Part shown: piece after piece, positions 1 to 8,300 of the stretch
How positions within the stretch are numbered: the first letter of the stretch is position 1
How the letters are laid out: each line of letters starts with the position of its first letter
Virus record (IMG/VR): IMGVR_UViG_3300020421_000013
From: an uncultured virus (IMG/VR IMGVR_UViG_3300020421_000013)
Lineage: Duplodnaviria; Heunggongvirae; Uroviricota; Caudoviricetes; Crassvirales
Length of the DNA stretch: 64,000 bases
Reading direction: 5' to 3' (one strand)
Notes under the pieces: model-generated
Seen by the model: the letters and a program-made list of their open reading frames with translations, nothing else
Told to the model about the DNA's origin: nothing
Database searches by the model: none
Made by a program: the position numbers and the translations under genes

Positions 1-68
1 TACTGAGGAACAGATGCATATCTATTACCCCCTCTTGATCCAGTAAATCTTGATGGTCTTCTAGCCAT
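1..68 (-). CDS. 5' end of a virion/ejected protein gene running off the window (MARRPSRFTGSRGGNRYASVPQ...)
   Basis: ATG at 68, frame open to position 1; follows the 99..719 gene on the same strand. Confidence 0.55.
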   Translation of the reverse strand, partial: MARRPSRFTGSRGGNRYASVPQ

Positions 69-98
69 TCTTTTCTTCTTTTTGAAGTTTAGTCATTT

Positions 99-719
99 TC
101 ATCCGCGTCCTAAACCCTGAGGATATAAATTTGTTCGTTTTTTCTCAGAGACAGATGAACTATCATTTACTTTTTTTTTTGGAGTTATATCGCCTGTCTT
201 TCCAGCTAACGCTTGTGTTCTCATCGCTCCAAAAGATCCAGCCATACTTCCTATGTCGGCTATTCCTGAAAAAGCTTGTTGTTTTGCGCCAGCAAGAGCT
301 GCACCTGTTTGAGCAATCTTACCTCTTAATCTAGCCTCTTTTACAGCTTCTATGTTTGCATCTTCTTGTGCAATAGCTATATCTCTATCATATGCCATAT
401 CGCCTAGTTGAGCTCCTAATTGCATATATCCTTTTTGTTGCGCTTGCCCTGCTGCCCCTAAACCACCTAGGACGCCCCTTACGCCAGCTTCTTTTAACTG
501 TTGGGTTTGAGTAGCAAATCCTGATTCAATACCTCTCTCAGCCAGCTCTACGCCTTGTGTAGGCAGTTGCATTCCCTTAAAGGCATTAGTAGGCAAAGCT
601 GATCTTTCAAGCTTGCGCATTTGTTCTTTTTGTTTTTTTGCCTGGACAAAACCATCGATTGTTTTTGCTATACCACCGATTGCTCCAATTCCTAATGATA
701 CGGCTGTAAATGGATCCAT
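99..719 (-). CDS. Gly/Ala/Gln-rich internal virion (ejection/pilot-like) protein
   Basis: 206 aa, hydrophobic Gly-rich N-terminus, helical composition; lies downstream of tail genes as podovirus ejected-protein genes do. Confidence 0.6.
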   Translation of the reverse strand: MDPFTAVSLGIGAIGGIAKTIDGFVQAKKQKEQMRKLERSALPTNAFKGMQLPTQGVELAERGIESGFATQTQQLKEAGVRGVLGGLGAAGQAQQKGYMQLGAQLGDMAYDRDIAIAQEDANIEAVKEARLRGKIAQTGAALAGAKQQAFSGIADIGSMAGSFGAMRTQALAGKTGDITPKKKVNDSSSVSEKKRTNLYPQGLGRG

Positions 720-733
720 CTAATTAATTTTTA

Positions 734-741
734 CAAATATA
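734..741 (-). promoter_or_regulatory. Bacteroidota-type -7 promoter element (TATATTTG)
   Basis: Matches TAnnTTTG in the gap just upstream of the ATG at 719. Confidence 0.55.
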
Positions 742-747
742 CAAATT

Positions 748-1716
748 TTACAGATTACTCTTCGTTACCTCCGAATCAACTGCAAATAACTCAACTGGGC
801 TTGTGCTGTCGTTAGTCATTCTGACGCTAGCATGATATCCCCTTACCCCTTCTGATTCTGCAGTTTGATTTTTAGCAGAAAATATGAAGTCTCCTATTGC
901 AGGTGCGCTAATAAAACTAGCGCATGTTATAGAATTAGCTGAAACAGCTGAAACTACTCCTATCTCAATAATGTTTGATATTTTATTATTTAAAATGTCT
1001 GCCTTCAAAAGTTTATCTCCAACAGACAGGCTTTCATTATTTATGTTTATTACAGTCAAAGAGATTGCTCCTGAATTAACAGAATCACAGACTCCAATTC
1101 CCTGTACACTCAACTTTTTATAATTAATCGAAGTGTTGTTATTCCTTATGTATGCATAATACATTTCTTCCTTCTTCTGGAAAGTTTCTTTATTTATAAA
1201 TCCTGATTCAGTATCAGTTGTGACAGTTATATTCCAATTATCACTACTACCTTCTGTTTTCATAGATCTAAACATTTTTACAGATGACGGATCTTTATTG
1301 ACAATAAATTCTATTTCAGTACTATAAGGTGTGCCATAAAAAACATTTCTTTCATTGCCATCTTTATGATGCTTGTATAACTGTCCACTCTTAAAAGTAT
1401 AAAAATCTCCGTTCATATTAACCATAGACTCAGGAATCCACGAATGAAATGTAGTCCACCCTTGCACATACTGACTGAAGCTCAATGTTTTGTCAGTGGC
1501 AAAAGTTTGTGTTGGATTAGGCATCGTCGGTGGTGTAGCGTTAACAATACTTTGTGTTACGCCAGATGGTAGCGTATTTACAGGACAATCATCAGACAAG
1601 TATTTTTCAATATAGTCTGGCTGTCCAGAAACATTAGCCTTAGTTACATTTGTTGGCTTGCCATTTATATATTTTCTAAGTGTTTTTACTACTCTATATC
1701 CTGATCTAAACTTCAT
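748..1716 (-). CDS. C-terminal part of tail nozzle/stabilisation (tail tubular B-like) protein
   Basis: TLSFSQYVQGWTTFHSWIPE..FYTFKSGQLYKH..KKEEMYYAYIR..GVRGYHASVRMTN..VELFAVDSEV resembles the C-terminus of this family. Confidence 0.65.
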   Translation of the reverse strand: MKFRSGYRVVKTLRKYINGKPTNVTKANVSGQPDYIEKYLSDDCPVNTLPSGVTQSIVNATPPTMPNPTQTFATDKTLSFSQYVQGWTTFHSWIPESMVNMNGDFYTFKSGQLYKHHKDGNERNVFYGTPYSTEIEFIVNKDPSSVKMFRSMKTEGSSDNWNITVTTDTESGFINKETFQKKEEMYYAYIRNNNTSINYKKLSVQGIGVCDSVNSGAISLTVININNESLSVGDKLLKADILNNKISNIIEIGVVSAVSANSITCASFISAPAIGDFIFSAKNQTAESEGVRGYHASVRMTNDSTSPVELFAVDSEVTKSNL

Positions 1717-1727
1717 AATATTAATTT

Positions 1728-4700
1728 TTAACTACACTGATTATAATTTGGTAAGGATGCTACATCTCCTACCTCGTCTACAAACCCATCTGAATTGACA
1801 TGTATATAATTTTTATTATACTTATCTGCAAAATCTAGCTGAACTGATGAATCTGGGTTTCCTCTTTTAAATATAGAGGACTCTTCAGTGTTTCTTGATC
1901 CATAATAACCTGATATAAATGGAGTGCCAGCATAATCAGCGTAAAACTTAAGACCTGTTATATTTATATCTCCAGAGCTAGTAAACATATCATGAGAACG
2001 TGAACTATTGAAAAAAGTGGGGACAGTATATCCATCAGAATTTCTTTTTGGAAAACAAAATATAACATCTCCATAAACAGGCAAACTTCCATTTATAGAT
2101 TTAAAATTTGCGTTTCCAGTTCCTAATGTTGTTCCACCAGAATACATACCTAGTATATGAGTAAAAGTATACCCAGAAGGTGTTGATAATATAGGTCCAT
2201 TTACTGGATCAAAAAGATACTCTATTGATTGTCCAGAAGCAACAGCACCTGGTCGATCACCAACTGTCAATTCAGCTCTAGAATATATTTTAAGGTTGGT
2301 AGCTGCATCAGTTCCTGTTGCATCTGTTCTCCAAAATCCATTTACATACACTTTAGGAATAAATCCATAATACAAGAAAGCATCCCTAACAATATAGTGT
2401 CCGAGTATTGTTAATCCTGAAGTTCCAAAAGAACCTGACACAAGAGTTCCATTATTTGCTGGGTTTGGGACTGAAGATGTAGGCGCAGGACCCATATCAA
2501 ATATACCCTGATAAGTTGTATACTGTTGATTCGACACTGTGTTTAAAACAACTGGAAGAGTTTTACTTAATACAACTATATCAAATACTCCGTCAAATTT
2601 GCGCTGAACTCCATTACCAGTTGTAAATACAATAGAAAATGGGTTATCAGAGTAAACTTCATAATAGTAACCTTGATTATTTGGAGCTTGTGTAAGGGTT
2701 GTTCCTGAAGGAAGTGTTGGTGTTGTTATTGTTGTAAATATCCCTGTGTTTGAAATTGTTGGTGTTGGAGCTGGCGGTATTATAGTGACGCCAAAAGCGT
2801 AGTCTGTTAGTCTCTGTGAATGAGATATAAATTTTCTGTTTTCTTCTTTATCTATAAAAACACTTGATGTTTTTTTATATTTTTTTGTTGTATTATAATC
2901 GTATTCTTTTAAAATTGACCAATTATCTATAATGTCACTCACGTTAGCAGAGTAAGTTCCACTAATAATGTGACCATATGTGTGTCCTGGGGTCGTTCCG
3001 CTCCCTGTGTTGTGGAAAAAATATAATGGCGCATCTTCCCCTGGTAATCTAATATCGGTAAAAGCACCAGAAGAACCAGGCGTTCCGTTTGTAGTAATTC
3101 CGTCTGTGTATTGATTTGCATACTGTAGACCAGAAGCAGACTTTCTTGAAAATAATATTTGTTTGCCTGCATTAGATGTATCACTTTGATCAAATCTGAT
3201 AACACTTCCCTTTGGACCTGAAACAGCTTGATTTATTGCTGAATTACCGTCTATAACAAATAGAAAATAACCTGCTAAATTAGGATAAGCTTGCACTGTG
3301 ATAACTTTAGTCGTAACAGTGTTATAATCTGTTGCATCTGTCCATGATGAAGGAACTGTTCCTCCTAATCTAGTGTTTTCGCCTTTTATATTAACTTTCA
3401 TAAAAGCGTCAAAAAGACCAAATGTCGTAGTGCTTGATCCTGAAGGCACATTTCTGTGACCAGCAGCAGATGTGCTTGTAATAGCAAATACATTTCCATT
3501 TTGTTCGTACAGTGCAGGGTGGTATTCTGGATAAATATAACTATCACCTGTTATGCTATGAGTTGCACTTATTGAGGGAATATTATCTACAGACCAATTA
3601 ATTCCGTAATTCCAAGATATAGCGTATTCATTTGATCCTGTATAAATACATAATCCATTGTCTAATATTAAAAATGGTATATTTCCTTGATTAGCAGCAG
3701 TAGATTGCTGTAAATAATATGTTTCATGTGTGTTAAAAAAGTCAGTATTTTGATTAGCTGTAGATGTTCCGCTTAATCCAGCTATAATTGGCTTTATCAC
3801 ACAATTATCATTAGAAGTATTATTGTCTTGACTTGGAAAATATCTATATAACACAGAGCTTGTAACTGAAGCATTGTTATGATTTGTAAAAGTAATTCCG
3901 TCCCATCTCCATATAAACAAATAATCATATTCAATACTTGCGTATATTCTTGATTTATTAAAGTTATGTAGAACCGTTCCTGTCCCTTGTCCCTGTCCTC
4001 TTGAAGTAGTTAATTGTCCAAAAAAATCTGCATTTCCTGATTTTGTTTCATCAAAATCTAATATAGAAAAAGAAACTGCATTATCAATTGATTTAGCTAG
4101 AAACAATTTATTGACTGCTGAAGATAAAGGTCCAGCTATTCCGTTGCTATTATTAAGCATGCATAATGCATACCATACATGGTTACCACTAGAGTTTACT
4201 CCAGCGTAACAAAAGTCCTCTATATATGTTTGTCTTCTAAAAGCAGCTAGTGATTGATTGTGCCCAAATGTTGCAACAAGTTGACTGTCTGTAGGATTAA
4301 ATTGACATATTTGAAAATTAACCCCATCAGTTGATCTAGCTAATGTTCCTTGTCCAATTTGACCATCTTGTACAACTGATAAATAAATGTTGTTTTCTTT
4401 TTTTGAAAAAGAATAGGTAAGTGGATTATTAAACCTGCTTTTTAAAGCAAAATTATGAGCTCTTGTTTTTGAATGTATAACCTCTTGATAAAGACTAGTT
4501 GATCCAGTACCCACATATTCACAATCGTCTATTTTTATAACATTTAATGCATCATTATCTTCAATAGAAAAATAAGAACTAGATGTATAAGATACTACGC
4601 AACTTTCTTCATATCTAATCCAATTTTTTGTAGATCTAAGACCGTCATCAAATATCATGCTTGCTGTACCAAAATCTCCTGAGCAAGTTACTGTTATATC

Positions 4701-5312
4701 GCCCCAGTATATTGTTTTGGTCCCTGTATAAACAGAAGTAGAAACACTAACTGTTTTTGAATATTGTCCTGTCATAGATAAACCTGTACCAGATGTGTGT
4801 AAACAAAACGCATCGTTTTCATTGTCTATAAACCAAGCATATGTCTGCTGTGCTAGTGCTAAATATAAAGGATCAGATCCATAAAATGTTGTTGCGCTGT
4901 AATTAGTTATTGGCTCAAAAAAGTTGAATGAAGGAACCCCACCTCTCATAACAATATACTCTGAGGTGTTAGCACATAAATATTTTATTTTTTCTACATG
5001 TAGATTTAGTGTGATCTCGTTAGTGTTATCGTCAGAAGGATTTAAGTTTCCTGCTGCGTATTCAAGATTTATATTAAATGTTTGTGTGCCATGTATACCA
5101 TTTCCGTTTCCATCAGCTTCTCTATGGTCAGTTCCTGTTGTGATAGCTATAGGAGTGTTGTCTCCTGTTAAGTTCCATTCATCACCATTAATAGTTAGTA
5201 TGTCGGGATTTTGAATCATAGCGTATCCGTCTTTCACTTTAATAGTATATACACCAATATTTCCAGAAGAGTTTTCTGCTTTTGTTACGGTCTGTAGAAG
5301 CTGTATTGCCAT
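1728..5312 (-). CDS. Large beta-rich putative virion surface protein with Asp-box (BNR)-like motifs
   Basis: 1194 aa, S/T/G/N-rich; RSTDGVNF, KSIDNAVSF, SWNYGINW; degenerate cupredoxin-like segment. Confidence 0.55.
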   Translation of the reverse strand: MAIQLLQTVTKAENSSGNIGVYTIKVKDGYAMIQNPDILTINGDEWNLTGDNTPIAITTGTDHREADGNGNGIHGTQTFNINLEYAAGNLNPSDDNTNEITLNLHVEKIKYLCANTSEYIVMRGGVPSFNFFEPITNYSATTFYGSDPLYLALAQQTYAWFIDNENDAFCLHTSGTGLSMTGQYSKTVSVSTSVYTGTKTIYWGDITVTCSGDFGTASMIFDDGLRSTKNWIRYEESCVVSYTSSSYFSIEDNDALNVIKIDDCEYVGTGSTSLYQEVIHSKTRAHNFALKSRFNNPLTYSFSKKENNIYLSVVQDGQIGQGTLARSTDGVNFQICQFNPTDSQLVATFGHNQSLAAFRRQTYIEDFCYAGVNSSGNHVWYALCMLNNSNGIAGPLSSAVNKLFLAKSIDNAVSFSILDFDETKSGNADFFGQLTTSRGQGQGTGTVLHNFNKSRIYASIEYDYLFIWRWDGITFTNHNNASVTSSVLYRYFPSQDNNTSNDNCVIKPIIAGLSGTSTANQNTDFFNTHETYYLQQSTAANQGNIPFLILDNGLCIYTGSNEYAISWNYGINWSVDNIPSISATHSITGDSYIYPEYHPALYEQNGNVFAITSTSAAGHRNVPSGSSTTTFGLFDAFMKVNIKGENTRLGGTVPSSWTDATDYNTVTTKVITVQAYPNLAGYFLFVIDGNSAINQAVSGPKGSVIRFDQSDTSNAGKQILFSRKSASGLQYANQYTDGITTNGTPGSSGAFTDIRLPGEDAPLYFFHNTGSGTTPGHTYGHIISGTYSANVSDIIDNWSILKEYDYNTTKKYKKTSSVFIDKEENRKFISHSQRLTDYAFGVTIIPPAPTPTISNTGIFTTITTPTLPSGTTLTQAPNNQGYYYEVYSDNPFSIVFTTGNGVQRKFDGVFDIVVLSKTLPVVLNTVSNQQYTTYQGIFDMGPAPTSSVPNPANNGTLVSGSFGTSGLTILGHYIVRDAFLYYGFIPKVYVNGFWRTDATGTDAATNLKIYSRAELTVGDRPGAVASGQSIEYLFDPVNGPILSTPSGYTFTHILGMYSGGTTLGTGNANFKSINGSLPVYGDVIFCFPKRNSDGYTVPTFFNSSRSHDMFTSSGDINITGLKFYADYAGTPFISGYYGSRNTEESSIFKRGNPDSSVQLDFADKYNKNYIHVNSDGFVDEVGDVASLPNYNQCS

Positions 5313-5322
5313 AATTTATATT

Positions 5323-8300
5323 TTAAGGAAGCGTGTGGTCTACTTTTGAATTGTTGTTTATACTTATGCTAAATGTTGCTTGTGCGTCTCTAGTTGCGTC
5401 TAATGGAAAAGCATCTTGTGAATCGGGCACCCCATCATTATCATCGTCAGTATCTATAAAGTCAGGTGTACCATCACCATCTGTATCTGTAGGCGTATCA
5501 GTTGCGTCTAGCGGATCTGAACCAGCTGCTATTTCATCAGCATCTGATACACCATCATTATCGTCATCTGTGTCGTAATAATCTATTACAGTGTCGCTAT
5601 CAGTGTCTGTTGGTGTATTTGTTTGATTTTCAGGGTCTGTAGGAAATGAGTCGCTGCTATCAGGTGTGCCATCGTTATCATCGTCTGTATCTGCATTGTC
5701 CCCAGTACCGTCACCATCAGTGTCTCTCGATTCATTTGGATCTAGAGGGAATCCATCTTGCGTGTCAACAACCCCATCGTTATCATCGTCTGTATCTGCA
5801 TTGTCTCCAGTTCCATCTCCATCTGTATCTGTATTTTCAATAGGATCTAGAGGGAAAGCGTCTGAAGTATCAGGAGTTCCATCTCCATCATCGTCTGTAT
5901 CTGCGTTATCACCAGTTCCATCACTGTCAGTATCTAAGGATTCTGCTGGATCTAAGGGAAATGCATCAGTAGCATCAGGCACGCCATCCCCATCGTCATC
6001 GGTGTCTACAAGGTTGTCTATACCATCTCCATCCGTATCTAAAGACCTGTTAGGATCAGTTGGGAAATCATCAGTTACATCTGGCACACCATCATTATCG
6101 TCATCAGTATCAGCGTTGTCACCTGTTCCATCCCCATCTGTATCAAGTGTTTCTGTAGGATCTAGAGGGAAAGCGTCATTAGTGTCTGGCGTACCATCAT
6201 TATCATCATCTGTGTCAACAGTGTCATCTATATTGTCATCGTCACTATCTGTGGTTCTAGATGGGTCTGTAGGAAAATCATCAGAAGCGTCTGGTACACC
6301 GTCACCGTCGTCATCAGTATCTGCATTGTCTCCAGTTCCATCGCTGTCAGTGTCTGTTGTTTCAATAGGGTCATTTGGAAAAGCATCTTGCTGGTCATTT
6401 ACGCCATCCCCATCGGTATCAGCGTTTGTAGAGCTTGTCGATGTAGGAGGACCTGTTTCTTGACTATCTGTTATTCCATCATTATCATCATCTGGATCAT
6501 GTATATCAGGTATTCCATCACCATCTGTGTCAGTTGTTATTTCTTCTTCTGGATCTGTTTGTGTTGCGTCTGTTAAATCTGGTATTCCATCTCCGTCATC
6601 ATCGGTGTCTACATTATCACCTATTCCGTCTCCATCTGTGTCAGTTTGCTCTGTTGGATCTAGTGGGAAGGCATCAGTAGCATCTGGTGTGCCGTCTCCA
6701 TCATCATCAGTATCTAAAGAATCAACTGTGCCATCACTATCTGTATCAGTACTATCATATAATATTTCGCATTCTACCTCATCCTCTCTCCACTCTTCTT
6801 GTGTGCCTTTCATAGATATGCTTACTTGCCTGTCTCTAGGGTCGTATCCAGCAATAACAGACCTGGGGTTGTCCATTGAAAGATTGTCATTGAAAAAGTC
6901 AATCATTCCAAAATCAGATATTTGATTTATCCTATCTCCTGATAGTGCACAAACCACACGCCTTCTTTCGTCAACAAAATACACGACGCCCCCCGATAAA
7001 ATAACTGAAGATGGGTTTGCGCTTACTCCATATTCTCCACCAAACGCAATATCCTGTCCCAAAACACTTTTGGATTGAGAAACATTACCTGTGCCATCCG
7101 CGTTAAATAAAACGCTTTTGTTGAATAATAATTTAGAAACCCTATTCTCTTGGAAAACAACAAGGTCTGATTCTCTGGAAACTATCTTTGTAATGTCCCC
7201 AAAAAAATCATCCATATCTTTAAAATTAACTTTAGATAAGTTAAATTCATTTAAACCATTATACTTTGTGGTTTGTGAATAAACATTACTATATGTAAGA
7301 GAGGTTGTTCTGTTGTTTTGTTTGTAGTCTACTAAATTTACAGATGGTCTGTTTTGTAATTCAAAGAATTTTAATAAAAACTGATCTTTTATTTTATAAG
7401 ATTCTATACAATTACCCCAAGAAAAAACATTGAAAAAATCCAAGGTAATACTTGCAGGAGTGTTATGTGTTTGGCTTACGTCTACATCATCTCCGAATAC
7501 CACTGTAAAATTTCCACTAGAATTTGAAAAAAAACCAGTTCCACTAACATAATTTGTTGAGTCCATTGGTAATGCAGAAGGGCTATTGTTGAACAAAGTA
7601 ACTCTTGTGCCTCCAGATATATCATTCCTTTGGAAGTACTGAACTGCAATTGTTAGAGTGCCGCTTGCTTGTGATATCTTTAGCTCTTTGCCGTTACCAT
7701 TACCAAAATTTGCATTGTTTGGTCCGCTTCCAACAGTAAAATAATTTGTAAATGCTGTATAAGAATCTGTGTCAAAAGCCATTTGAATCCTATAACCAGT
7801 AGCTGTAAAAGGGTTCGAGGAAAGTGATGGGAAATTATTCCAATTATCGCTATCTGTTATGTTAGTAGTATTTACATACCCTATTGTGTTTACTACACTT
7901 AGATTAGTAGACCCAATAGATAATACCGATGTGTCTTGTGGAACTAATCCAGAAGCAACATCTCCAGATTGATGGTATCCACCTGTTATTGAGTATGTTC
8001 CAGGTACTTCATAAAATATTTCGTCATTCTTATCATCACCCCTTGTTTCTAAAGTGACGATGTCTGATGATTGCCTTTTGAGAAAAGATATGGATGAATC
8101 AATTTTAACTCTTTTTGCTAAATCGTTTTGTTGCTCATGCTCTGATCTCACTATCATCAACAAATCGTCGTTAGAGCTTGCAGTTATATTGGAGCTGTTT
8201 AAACCATATGTTCCTCTTAAGAAAAATATTCTATCTTCATCTATGTCAGCAGTTAAAGTTGCTTTTGCTCCACTTTCGTGATACCATTCTTCTAAATTTT

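Noticed and set aside
5385..6760. Periodic DNA resembling a CRISPR array
   Set aside because: Repeats are in-frame coding units with synonymous variation; no unique spacers and no cas genes
5333..6925. Long plus-strand Ser/Pro/Val-rich ORFs (e.g. 5666..6463)
   Set aside because: Antisense shadows of the Asp/Thr/Gly repeat codons, which rarely create stops on the opposite strand
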